Shown here one piece after another: positions 1 through 8,832 of a stretch of 64,000 bases of DNA; position 1 is the first letter of the stretch, and the number at the start of each line of letters is the position of its first letter. Origin of the DNA: a bacterium (lineage in GTDB: Bacteria > Patescibacteriota > Minisyncoccia > UBA6257 > Colwellbacteraceae); the NCBI GenBank assembly GCA_021787205.1, contig JAJYME010000007.1, positions 10,334 through 74,333 of the forward strand, written 5' to 3'. Under the pieces are notes generated by a model. It saw only the letters and a list, made by a program, of their open reading frames with translations. It was not told where the DNA came from and searched no databases. The position numbers were made by a program, and so were the translations under genes.

Positions 1-1
1 G

Positions 2-1009
2 AAGTGGGATGTCGAAAAGACATTGGATTTCTTTCACAAGAGAAATCTGAAGACGAAAGTAGAGGAAGGGGGACGGATTTTCCCGGTGAGCGACAAGGCA
101 GAATCCGTTTTGAAAGTTCTGATAAATTACTTGAACGAAGGCGGTGTCAAAGTGCTTTTAGGTATTGCCGTCAAAGAAATCGTCACCAAAGAAAACAGAA
201 TAGAGGCGGTTCAACTGGATAACGGACAACAGGTGTGCGGAAAATCATTTGTTTTGGCGACCGGAGGAAAAGCATTGCCCTTAACAGGCTCAACCGGGGA
301 TGGGTTCATATGGTTGAAAAATGCCGGCCATACGATCAATTCTTCAGAACCATCTCTTGTGCCTATCTCCATTTCCGACAAATGGGTCAAGGAATTGCAG
401 GGAACATCATTAGCTGATGTAAAAATAACCGTGAGTCAAGATGATGTGAAGCATATAACAAAGAGGGGAATGGTTTTGTTTACCCATTTCGGCATAAGCG
501 GACCGACAATAATCAATATGAGCAGGACGGTGGGAGATCTTTTAAAAAATGGCAAGGTTGTCATCTCAATCGATATCTTTCCTTCTCTTGGACCCGGAGA
601 GTTGAGCATTCGGCTTCAAGATTTATTCGCGGGGCAGGGCAACAAGAAAATCAAGAACGTCATCAGTTCGATATTTCCGGTATCGACGATAGTGCCGGCA
701 ATATTAGATTTATCAAGGATCAATCCGGACAAACCTTGCAATGAGATAGGGAAGAAAGAGAGAATGGCGCTTGTTCATACGATAAAAAACATCCCAATGC
801 AAGTTGAAGGACTCTTAGGTATAAACAGATCGATTGCGACGAGCGGAGGATTATCCCCGACTGAAGTTGATTTTAAGACTATGAGATCCCGTATTATTCC
901 CAACCTCTATCTTTCGGGCGATATTCTTGATATCGACAGGCAATCCGGCGGATACAGCCTCCAGATTTGTTGGACAACCGGATATATTGCCGGAAATTCC
1001 TCGATATAA
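2..1009 (+). CDS. HI0933/BaiN-family flavoprotein (NAD(P)/FAD-dependent oxidoreductase), 5'-truncated by the window edge
   Basis: Frame is open from base 2. Family motifs GRIFP, LATGG..P.TGSTGDG, LFTHFGISGP and GEILD-like GDILDID..SGGYSLQ..W.TG are present. Confidence 0.9.
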   Translation, partial: KWDVEKTLDFFHKRNLKTKVEEGGRIFPVSDKAESVLKVLINYLNEGGVKVLLGIAVKEIVTKENRIEAVQLDNGQQVCGKSFVLATGGKALPLTGSTGDGFIWLKNAGHTINSSEPSLVPISISDKWVKELQGTSLADVKITVSQDDVKHITKRGMVLFTHFGISGPTIINMSRTVGDLLKNGKVVISIDIFPSLGPGELSIRLQDLFAGQGNKKIKNVISSIFPVSTIVPAILDLSRINPDKPCNEIGKKERMALVHTIKNIPMQVEGLLGINRSIATSGGLSPTEVDFKTMRSRIIPNLYLSGDILDIDRQSGGYSLQICWTTGYIAGNSSI

Positions 1010-1050
1010 AATATTAAAAAACCTCCAAATACACTATAGAGAGGTTTCAT

Positions 1051-1079
1051 TTGACGGAATAGGGGAAAAGTGGTAGCCT
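1051..1079 (+). promoter_or_regulatory. Putative sigma70 promoter for the ThiF-like gene
   Basis: TTGACG, 17 bp, TAGCCT with a TG extension. A strong AAAGGAGG Shine-Dalgarno lies upstream of ATG 1185. Confidence 0.55.
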
Positions 1080-1184
1080 TTGTCCAGATCGCCATTTTCA
1101 CGAATGGCTTTTAAAGCTTATAACTGACACTAAACGAAGGACACAGCATTGCCAGAATGAGGATGATGAAAGGAGGAAAGTGAC

Positions 1185-1838
1185 ATGGACCATACCCGAC
1201 AGAAAGATATCTTGGACCCGGAGGAAATAATTTTTCCGGTGACCGTGATAGGCGCCGGGAAGATAGGAAGCTTTCTTGTACCAGTCCTGGCAAAAATGGG
1301 ATGCAAAAGAATAACCGTGTATGATGCCGGTATTATCGAGGACATTGATTTGCCAATCCAAATGTATGATCTCGCGGATATCGGTCGACATAAAGTCGAT
1401 GCCCTGGGAGACATCGTCAAGCGACAAAGCGGAACCGAGATAAGGGCAATAAGAAGCCCCTATCCCAATGGCGACAACCTAAGAGGCATCGTCATTTCCG
1501 GAGTCGGCTCAACAACTTCCCGAATGGGAATCTGGAGCCAGGTTCAATCCAATTCGAACATCAAGCTTTATATTGATGCCCGAATCGGAGGAGACACTCT
1601 GGAGGTACTCACGATCAGACCAAAGCACGTTGCTGACAGAAGGCTCTACAGACAATTCTTGTTTGTCGAGAACAGAACGGCCGAGCTGCCTTCCGCGACC
1701 AGAGGCATCGCCTACAACGGCGCCATCGTCGCCGGGATTATCGCTTCCCAGGTCAAGAAATGGATCCGGCAGGAGGATTACCCCACGAGGCTTTCCTTAC
1801 GCCTGACGACCCTCGAGATGACCCAGAAGCAATCCTAA
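1185..1838 (+). CDS. ThiF/MoeB/E1-like adenylyltransferase family protein with degenerate active-site motifs
   Basis: RQ.DI, VIGAGKIGS, LAKMG, DIGRHKVDAL and YIDARIG match the ThiF fold. Several catalytic positions are substituted. Confidence 0.8.
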   Translation: MDHTRQKDILDPEEIIFPVTVIGAGKIGSFLVPVLAKMGCKRITVYDAGIIEDIDLPIQMYDLADIGRHKVDALGDIVKRQSGTEIRAIRSPYPNGDNLRGIVISGVGSTTSRMGIWSQVQSNSNIKLYIDARIGGDTLEVLTIRPKHVADRRLYRQFLFVENRTAELPSATRGIAYNGAIVAGIIASQVKKWIRQEDYPTRLSLRLTTLEMTQKQS

Positions 1839-1870
1839 TGACCAGTTAAAAGACACAGAACCCTAAGTCA

Positions 1871-1898
1871 AATCCCCGCATTACTGCGGGGATTTTTT
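1871..1898. terminator. Intrinsic terminator between convergent genes
   Basis: AATCCCCGCA-ttac-TGCGGGGATT followed by a T-run. Confidence 0.8.
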
Positions 1899-2856
1899 AT
1901 TTATTGATAATCTCGGAAACGGTTTCTTTAATAACCTCCGGATTGCTGACAATCTGATCGGCAGCATTCAAAACGGCCAGAGGCGCAAAAATAATCCTGG
2001 AATCTGACGATCCGCTTATTCCATCCAAAGCGACTTTGCTTTCCAAGGAGTATTTGAGCAGGATTTCCTTAGGAATGGCAGCATTATTGGCGATGATATA
2101 ATCCGAATTCCTTCCCAGCTTGGCTTCGATAGTCCTGATGAAATCAAGGGCGGTATAATTATCCGTCTCTCCGCGTTTTGTCATGATGTTTAACATCAGG
2201 ATGATCTTAGCCTTGGAATCCTTGATCGCTTCTTTCATTCCTTTAGGCAAAAGAACAGGAATGACGCTGGAATAGAGGTCGCCGGGACAAATGACAACAT
2301 AATCAGCCTCAGAGACGGCCTCCATCGCCTCACGTGAGGCATTTACAGCCGGTTTGAGGAAAATATCAGTTATCTGGTGGACATTGGGATTCCAGAGGGG
2401 ATTCTTAGCGATATTGTCGATATTAGTCTCTCCGGAGATAGTATTGCCGATACTCAGCTTGGCGCAAAGCTCGACTTTCTCCTTAGTGACTGGCAAGACC
2501 CTGTGATTTCCCAACCCGCAAATCTCTCCGAAAAGCTTCAAGGCTTCTTCAGTGCCATTAGTCTTTTCCAGGGAGTGAAAGAGGAGATTCTTCACCGAAT
2601 GAGAGTCCAGAGGGCCGTTCTCATATCTGAACATCAAAGCCTTCGCCAGGTTGTCATCATCGCAGAGGGCGACAAAACATTTGGTCAGATCGCCGACATA
2701 GCCGTTGCCTTCATATTCTTTTTGAAGGACACCGGTCGAGCCCCCGGAATCGGTACTGGGGCAGATGCCCGTAATTTGGATGTCGGGGAGGGTCTTAAGG
2801 CCTTTAAGTACCTGAGAATGGCCGCTACCGCCGCCGATGGTTACGATTTTTTTCAT
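1897..2856 (-). CDS. yvcK: YvcK/GlmR (CofD-related, UPF0052) family protein
   Basis: IGGGSG, DSGGSTG.L, PGDLYSSVIP and NIMTK.GET motifs. Confidence 0.88.
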   Translation of the reverse strand: MKKIVTIGGGSGHSQVLKGLKTLPDIQITGICPSTDSGGSTGVLQKEYEGNGYVGDLTKCFVALCDDDNLAKALMFRYENGPLDSHSVKNLLFHSLEKTNGTEEALKLFGEICGLGNHRVLPVTKEKVELCAKLSIGNTISGETNIDNIAKNPLWNPNVHQITDIFLKPAVNASREAMEAVSEADYVVICPGDLYSSVIPVLLPKGMKEAIKDSKAKIILMLNIMTKRGETDNYTALDFIRTIEAKLGRNSDYIIANNAAIPKEILLKYSLESKVALDGISGSSDSRIIFAPLAVLNAADQIVSNPEVIKETVSEIINK

Positions 2857-2985
2857 GGCTCGGTTATTTTCTTATAATAATACAAAAATAGGGGGTTTGG
2901 AACTGCCAGCAGATCTAAAAAATAGGGGGACATTAGCCTGTCGGGGACTGGAAAAATGCCTTAAATCCTGTTATTATTATCAGGT

Positions 2986-3111
2986 ATGGCAAAAAGAAGA
3001 GGTGCACCGTTAGGTGGAGAACCGAGGAAAACTCATTCTCACAAAACTGCAAAAAGATTGGCTATCAAGCAAGAGATGCTTGCTGCAAAAAAAGCCAAAA
3101 AGACCAAATAA
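2986..3111 (+). CDS. Small, highly basic 41-aa protein (MAKRRGAPLGGEPRKTHSHKTAKRLAIKQEMLAAKKAKKTK), not in the ORF track
   Basis: Read by hand. TATTAT -10 at 2975-2980 lies just before the ATG, and a strong terminator follows the stop. Confidence 0.7.
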   Translation: MAKRRGAPLGGEPRKTHSHKTAKRLAIKQEMLAAKKAKKTK

Positions 3112-3141
3112 TAATACCCCAGCAAACGCTGGGGTATTATT
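3110..3141. terminator. Bidirectional terminator-like hairpin
   Basis: AATAATACCCCAGC-aaac-GCTGGGGTATTATT is a perfect inverted repeat. Confidence 0.75.
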
Positions 3142-3189
3142 ATTGCTTTACGCCACCTGATTTGTCGCCTTAAATGTTTTATATCGAAA

Positions 3190-3840
3190 TCATATCAGAT
3201 TTTGAATATATTCCGGAGTTATCTCCCTTAATGAACAGACTAGATTTTTCGTCGGATACTCAACGTCTCTAGATTTAACTAATCCAATACATTCCATTCC
3301 TCCAACTTTCGCCGCCTCCATTCCGCTCCGCCCATCTTCAATTACCAAACAATTTTCCGGATCAACTTTCAGTTTTGAAGCGGCCAGCCAAAATATTTCC
3401 GGATCAGGTTTTCCATTTTTGACCATATCTCCACTAACCAAGTGTTCAAAGTATTTTTCGAGGCTCAGGCTTTGGATAACATTTCCGACATAGTCCTGAT
3501 TGGAGGCTGAGGCAACAGCCATTTTGTATCCTTCTTTATAGAATCTTTGGATAAGCTCAGCAGAGCCCTCGATTTCATCAATAGATTCGTTTCCGAGTCT
3601 TGTCATAAGGCTCCATTTTTCTCTCATCAATTCATCCACGTCATAAGGCTGTGACTGTCCTCTTAGAAGATCATTGAAGACTTCGCTGGTCTTCATTCCA
3701 GCATATTTTCTTGTTATTTCTTCCGGACAAATATCGATGTTGAATCTGGCCAATATTTCCGACTCAACATTCGCGTGTAATTTCTGCGTGTCAGAAATAA
3801 CGCCATCCATATCAAATATTATCGCTTTAATTTTGCTCAT
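3190..3840 (-). CDS. HAD-superfamily phosphatase (beta-PGM/CbbY-like)
   Basis: FDMDGVISDT, VASAS, GKPDPEIF and VIEDGRSG motifs. Confidence 0.92.
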   Translation of the reverse strand: MSKIKAIIFDMDGVISDTQKLHANVESEILARFNIDICPEEITRKYAGMKTSEVFNDLLRGQSQPYDVDELMREKWSLMTRLGNESIDEIEGSAELIQRFYKEGYKMAVASASNQDYVGNVIQSLSLEKYFEHLVSGDMVKNGKPDPEIFWLAASKLKVDPENCLVIEDGRSGMEAAKVGGMECIGLVKSRDVEYPTKNLVCSLREITPEYIQNLI

Positions 3841-4474
3841 GAGTTATATAATTTTGTCCTATTTCGATATCTGTAAAAGTTACTTTTTGAGACAGTTCTT
3901 TTATAAGATCTTTGGTTAGTATAAGTTCTATGTCAGGAACTATTTTTTTAAAGTTAATAAGAGCGATCTGCCAATCATCTACAATAACGACGGCCCTGTG
4001 CTCAAAATTTGGCAAAAAATAGTTTTGAATTACGCCTCTTTTTTCTATTTCATCTTTTCTAAAACTATCTTTTAGAAGATTAAAATTTCTGGCTAAGTCC
4101 AAGGTTTCAATACCTTCGTATTTACTCAAATCAAAAAGATATAAATATGCCTCATCGCAGAGGGCATCTTCCAGTTTCAAATGATCAGGATTATATATCT
4201 CTATTCTTCCTATAAAATCATCTTCTTTAGGTGAGATATACCTTATTTGCCTTTTTCTGACTTTTCCCCGAGAAGTCGCGGCCATCCAGAGACCCATCCA
4301 AGCGTGATCGGTGTTAGTTAAATAGATACCCCATAAATTCTCATACTCCCACCTAGAATTAGCCGTCGTTTCATGAAGGTGATCTACTTTTATATTCTTA
4401 CCGTTTACATAAAATCTGTTGTTATTAAAAAATTTATTTAGCTCGCTCGTAGTTGATACCTTTATCGATTCCAT
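3827..4474 (-). CDS. Hypothetical protein, AT-rich
   Basis: Long ORF. Start moved to ATG 4474 (MESIKV) because the track's upstream extension runs through the tRNA gene. Overlaps the HAD start. Confidence 0.7.
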   Translation of the reverse strand: MESIKVSTTSELNKFFNNNRFYVNGKNIKVDHLHETTANSRWEYENLWGIYLTNTDHAWMGLWMAATSRGKVRKRQIRYISPKEDDFIGRIEIYNPDHLKLEDALCDEAYLYLFDLSKYEGIETLDLARNFNLLKDSFRKDEIEKRGVIQNYFLPNFEHRAVVIVDDWQIALINFKKIVPDIELILTKDLIKELSQKVTFTDIEIGQNYITHEQN

Positions 4475-4565
4475 GGTTATTAAAAAAGAATTCACTATAA
4501 AATATCGTTTGGCTACCGCTAACGCATTTCTCTGGCCCATCCCTTGTTCGAATCCAGTATAAGAC

Positions 4566-4609
4566 AAAATATAAAAATACTCTAGCTGATGCCAGAGTAT
4601 TTTTATATG
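4566..4609 (-). terminator. Terminator hairpin 3' of tRNA-Gln(CTG)
   Basis: ATATAAAAATACTCT...AGAGTATTTTTATAT inverted repeat, near-identical to the hairpin at 47193-47235. Confidence 0.7.
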
Positions 4610-4680
4610 CTGCCGGGCCTGGATTCGAACCAAGATAAACAGATTCAGAGTCTGTTGTCCTACCATTAGACGACCCGGCA
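4610..4680 (-). tRNA. tRNA-Gln (anticodon CTG), CCA not encoded
   Basis: Reverse complement TGCCGGG-TCGTCTAATGGTAGGAC-A-ACAGA-CTCTGAA-TCTGT...GGTTCGAATCC...CCCGGCA-G forms a cloverleaf with U1-A72. Confidence 0.96.
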
Positions 4681-4727
4681 ATTCGAAAGTATAATATCAT
4701 AAAAGTCATCACAAATCAATTAAAACA

Positions 4728-5306
4728 ATGTTAGAAACAAAGCATTTTCAATTGATTCCCGATAAAGTCAACCTTACCCCGAGGCTGATAGAGGAACACA
4801 CAAAGCTTTACGAAGGCTATATAAAAAAGACAAATGAGATCAGGGAGAAGCTTTTATCGGCGGACAAGGCGGTTTCCAATGCCGTCTATTCCGATTACGG
4901 CGAGCTCAAGAGACAAGAGACCTTCGCCTTGAATGGCGCCAGGCTTCATGAAATCTATTTTTCCGCCCTTGAAGACGGAGCGGATAACGGAAATCCGAAG
5001 GGGAGGATATTCGAGATAATAACCGACCGGTTCGGCTCTCATGAAAAATGGGTTGAAGAGATGACGGCAAGCGCGATGTCCTCGAGAGGGTGGACGGCGA
5101 CCATTTATGACAATTATCTTAAGGAGATTTCGATAATCAATCTTGATGCGCATAATCTGGGGGCGATATTCAATTCAACCCTGCTTGTTGTCCTCGATAT
5201 GTATGAGCACGCTTACTTCATGGATTACGGCACGAATAAGAAAGCCTACATAGAAAATATTCTGAAGAATTTGAATTGGGAGGCGATAGATAGGAATTTT
5301 GAATAG
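4728..5306 (+). CDS. Fe/Mn superoxide dismutase family protein (ChrC-like subgroup)
   Basis: H..LY.GY, NG..LHE.YF and DMYEHAY..DYG metal-ligand motifs. Confidence 0.92.
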   Translation: MLETKHFQLIPDKVNLTPRLIEEHTKLYEGYIKKTNEIREKLLSADKAVSNAVYSDYGELKRQETFALNGARLHEIYFSALEDGADNGNPKGRIFEIITDRFGSHEKWVEEMTASAMSSRGWTATIYDNYLKEISIINLDAHNLGAIFNSTLLVVLDMYEHAYFMDYGTNKKAYIENILKNLNWEAIDRNFE

Positions 5307-5370
5307 CAGATCACCAAAGGCTCACACCCTCGCGGTGACAAGAAATAAAAACACCTCTTCTGAGGTGTTT

Positions 5371-6204
5371 TTATATTGCCTGGGGCTTCTTGCCTTCGAT
5401 TTGGATCACTTTAAGTCTCAGCTTTCCATCGATGACTTCCGAGTCCAAGAGCTTGACTCTTTTTCCGTCTCTCATAGTCCAGGCACCAGGTTCGGGATAA
5501 AAAGCATGGATCTTCCTGTCCAAGATATAAGTTATCTCACCGCCACCAGTCTCTGCTCTTTGAAGATTAATTTCTTCGATAAAAGCATCGGAGGTTTCCA
5601 GTTTCCTGGTAAAGGTCGCTTCGGCGTGGTTCTGAGGAATAGGCTCAAGCTTGGAGAAATTATCCAAGAGCTCGGCAACCATCCTAGCAGAAACGCCGGC
5701 TAATCTTTCCAAAAGGGATTCGGTGTTTTCTTCGGCCCTGATTTCCGTTTTTTCTTGGAGCAAAATCGGCCCGTGGTCGATTTCTTTGTCCATTTGGAAT
5801 AAAGTCACACCCGTCTCCTTAAAGCCCTGGAGAATAGCATTTTGGACCGGTGTAGCGCCCCTGAGCTTAGGAAGAAGGGAGGGGTGGACGCAAACGACAC
5901 CATTTTGAGGAATTTCCAAAACCGGGCCGGGGATAATCTTGCCGTAAGCGGCGAGAATAAAGATATCGGCGCCGATAGCTTCCAGTTCCTTTTGGATTTC
6001 TTCACCCTTCAGGGAACCAGGGGTTAAAACCTTGATGCCGTTCTCGAGAGCGAGAGTCTTGACCGGGGAGGGAGTGATAACCTGCTTCCTGCCGACCGGA
6101 CGATCGGGGTTGGTGACAACCGCAAGGGGAGCATAACCCCTGGTGATCAAATCTTTGAGGATGATGGAGGCAAAATCAGGAGTGCCAAAAAATACATATT
6201 TCAT
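5371..6204 (-). CDS. fmt: Methionyl-tRNA formyltransferase
   Basis: FFGTPDFA, VVTNPDRPVGR, AAYGKII and HPSLLPKLRGATP motifs. Confidence 0.96.
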   Translation of the reverse strand: MKYVFFGTPDFASIILKDLITRGYAPLAVVTNPDRPVGRKQVITPSPVKTLALENGIKVLTPGSLKGEEIQKELEAIGADIFILAAYGKIIPGPVLEIPQNGVVCVHPSLLPKLRGATPVQNAILQGFKETGVTLFQMDKEIDHGPILLQEKTEIRAEENTESLLERLAGVSARMVAELLDNFSKLEPIPQNHAEATFTRKLETSDAFIEEINLQRAETGGGEITYILDRKIHAFYPEPGAWTMRDGKRVKLLDSEVIDGKLRLKVIQIEGKKPQAI

Positions 6205-6211
6205 AATTGGT

Positions 6212-7444
6212 TTAATGTTTATGATGTCTTAAGCGATGAATCCTTCGATTATGGGTAAAGTGCTCAAAGTTCGGAATCATGTGGGTCTTGAGCATAGCAA
6301 AGACGAAGGTGAAGAATAAAGGCAAAGATAAAGTCATTATGGTCAGCTGGGGACCAAGCGGCTTATACAAGAAGCCGGCAATCAGAGGACCGATAGCCCA
6401 GCCAAAATCCTGAGCGAAGGTGATCGCTCCGGCGACGCCGCCGTCCTCGTTGTGTTCTTTGTCCAAATGAGTCAGCCAGCTCCAAAGGGAAATGTTTGAA
6501 AGCTCATCGCCGACGGTCGCCAAGAATCCGAAAATCAGGAAGGCGATTCCTCCTTGGAATCCGATCAACGCGGCCATTATAGAGAAGAGGAGCAAGCCAA
6601 AAACAATCAGCCGTTTTCTCTTAGCCCTCTTGGCAATCAAACCAAAGCCTAACCCCAAGACAACCACCGCCATATCAAAGATCCCAAGACTAATGGAGGG
6701 GAGAGCGCTTAATCCATTCGCCATCTCAAGGGGGACAACGAACCAAATAGTGGCGTAGAAGGTGGAGGAAGTCATCCCTTGGATAAATAAAATCCAGCTA
6801 GCCGGGCTAAGCTTCTTGAATTCGGCGGCGACTTTCTTGAAATAACCGACTTTCTCTTCTGCTTCCAGCCTGGCTTTAGGTTCGATTTTTTTGGCATCCT
6901 TTGGAGAAATCATGGCAAACAATCCGGCGGAAATGAAAAAGGCGGAGAGAAGAACGCCGAACTTATTGACGGACAACCCCATGGAAAGGACGAGGGCGGA
7001 CGCCCCGATAAAGACTCCGGACGATTGGGAAACGTCTCTCCAAGTAATCAGTTTTTCCGTATTGCTATCGGTTGAGTGGTTCAGGATATAAGTATTAAGG
7101 GCGGGAGTGAAGAAGAACCAGCCGAAGGTAGCAAAAATGACTGACAATAGATAAGTAGTGACATTAAGTCCGAAAATAAGGACACCGGCCGAAAAGACGA
7201 AGGCGAAGCAAGAGAAGATAAGCGTTCTCAGGAACCCGAGTCTTTTTAAGAATACGCCGGAGAGGAGATCAAGCGGAAGCTGGACAAACGAGGCGACGCT
7301 TAAGACTAAACCGACGGCCCAGATTGGCAAGATCCTTTCTCCAAAAACAGGGAGGATGGCGTAATGGGTAGAGCTTGCTAACTTGAAAAGCAGGACAAAA
7401 ATCCAAAACGGCAAAAAGCTGAAAAACAGTTCTTTAGACTTCAT
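6212..7444 (-). CDS. MFS transporter
   Basis: About 12 hydrophobic segments in 410 aa. MFS-like C-terminal G.AIGP..AG motif. Confidence 0.8.
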   Translation of the reverse strand: MKSKELFFSFLPFWIFVLLFKLASSTHYAILPVFGERILPIWAVGLVLSVASFVQLPLDLLSGVFLKRLGFLRTLIFSCFAFVFSAGVLIFGLNVTTYLLSVIFATFGWFFFTPALNTYILNHSTDSNTEKLITWRDVSQSSGVFIGASALVLSMGLSVNKFGVLLSAFFISAGLFAMISPKDAKKIEPKARLEAEEKVGYFKKVAAEFKKLSPASWILFIQGMTSSTFYATIWFVVPLEMANGLSALPSISLGIFDMAVVVLGLGFGLIAKRAKRKRLIVFGLLLFSIMAALIGFQGGIAFLIFGFLATVGDELSNISLWSWLTHLDKEHNEDGGVAGAITFAQDFGWAIGPLIAGFLYKPLGPQLTIMTLSLPLFFTFVFAMLKTHMIPNFEHFTHNRRIHRLRHHKH

Positions 7445-7504
7445 ATTTTCTAATTCTACAAAATCAGCATATAAAAAACAAAGCGGACTGGAGGCCCGCT
7501 TTGT

Positions 7505-7948
7505 TTAAAAGTCGATGATAAGTTTTCCGTTAAGATGGTCGAGTTCGTGCTGGAAGATCCTGGCCATGGTTCCGCCAGCTCTGATCTTCAACTTCCTGCC
7601 ATTCTGATCATAACCCTCAATGACGATCGATTCCGGTCTTTTAATATCCCTGAAAACCTCAGGAAGACTGAGGCAACCCTCCTCCATCATTATCTGCCCC
7701 TTGGAGAACCTGGTAATGACGGGATTGAAGATGGCATAGAAATTATTCCTATGCTGGGCGACAAACATTCTCCAATCAAGTCCTACCTGGTTAGCAGAAA
7801 GGCCGACACCACCATCGAGTTTCATGATCTTTCGCATCTCTTTGACGACCTCCTTTATCTCTTTCGGAGAATGAGCGGAAAAATCAAACTCAGGCATGGT
7901 CTGCCTTAAGATTGAAGCATTTTCACTTTTGGTCGTTACGATTTTCAT
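7505..7948 (-). CDS. def: Peptide deformylase
   Basis: GVGLSANQVG, EGCLS and QHELDHLNG motifs. Confidence 0.97.
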   Translation of the reverse strand: MKIVTTKSENASILRQTMPEFDFSAHSPKEIKEVVKEMRKIMKLDGGVGLSANQVGLDWRMFVAQHRNNFYAIFNPVITRFSKGQIMMEEGCLSLPEVFRDIKRPESIVIEGYDQNGRKLKIRAGGTMARIFQHELDHLNGKLIIDF

Positions 7949-8243
7949 TTGCTTGTTTTTTTGATTCCTTGAGGACTTTCATAAAATAAGCTCCCTTATT
8001 CTTGATGTTCTTATTTTCAGCCACTCCTTTGGCGATCCTTAAGAGATTTTCCGGATTATTGGTCTTAGCCAGCCGGATATAGAGAGATTTGTGCGCTTGG
8101 TCTTCCAAAATCCCAGCCAACTCCAAACCAGTATTCTGGTGAGGGGAGTAGACCCTGGTCTTTTTTGAGCGCTCCTTGATTTTATTCAGATAGTCGGCGA
8201 AGAGCGGATTTTCCGGACCGTTTGTTTCGTTATTTTGGAACAT
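7923..8243 (-). CDS. Conserved hypothetical protein (CPR-type)
   Basis: 106-aa ORF overlapping the def start, with a -10-like box just upstream. Contains an LYIRLAK...KGAYF motif. Confidence 0.7.
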   Translation of the reverse strand: MFQNNETNGPENPLFADYLNKIKERSKKTRVYSPHQNTGLELAGILEDQAHKSLYIRLAKTNNPENLLRIAKGVAENKNIKNKGAYFMKVLKESKKQANENRNDQK

Positions 8244-8260
8244 GCGTTATTATACAGCTA

Positions 8261-8806
8261 ATGTTAAAACGTTTGTTTGTTTCAATAAATATGCCGGAGG
8301 ACCTAGCAGGGGATTTAGAGGGCATTTCGGATGATTTGGCCGCAGAACTAAAGCATTCAGCGGATTTCAAAGCAACCGAAAGATATAATTACCATTTCAC
8401 CATAAAATTCTTAGGAAGTCAAGAACCAGGCGCAGTACCAATTATCGAAAATTGCATAAAAAAGGCACTGGAAAATATGGATAAGGAGTTGGAAAAGAAG
8501 GTCTCCTTAAAGAGGGTTGATTACGCCACCGGCAACAGGATGATCTGGGTTTTTGCCAAATCAGCCTGGATGGCGGAATTTGCCAAGAAATTGGAAACCG
8601 AGCTTTTGAGAGCCAATGTCGGATATGATCCGAAACCTTTCACGAGCCACATCACCCTTATAAGGATAAAAGACTTCTTTGGAAAGAAGCCGAAGATCGC
8701 CCGAAGGGTCGATAAGGATATGGAGATAAAGAAGGTTTCCCTGATGGAATCATTCCTGACGCGCGAAGGGTCGGAATATGACACCTTGGTTGAGTTTCAG
8801 GTATAA
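8261..8806 (+). CDS. thpR: RNA 2',3'-cyclic phosphodiesterase (2H phosphoesterase)
   Basis: KRLFVSI start and two HxT motifs (HFTIKFLG, PFTSHITL). Start set at ATG 8261. Confidence 0.9.
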   Translation: MLKRLFVSINMPEDLAGDLEGISDDLAAELKHSADFKATERYNYHFTIKFLGSQEPGAVPIIENCIKKALENMDKELEKKVSLKRVDYATGNRMIWVFAKSAWMAEFAKKLETELLRANVGYDPKPFTSHITLIRIKDFFGKKPKIARRVDKDMEIKKVSLMESFLTREGSEYDTLVEFQV

Positions 8807-8832
8807 AAATGATAGAATTTTACAATTAAAAA

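Noticed and set aside
4475-4712. N-terminal extension of the 284-aa ORF and the 92-aa ORF 4434-4712
   Set aside because: These frames run through tRNA-Gln and its terminator, so they are shadow translations.
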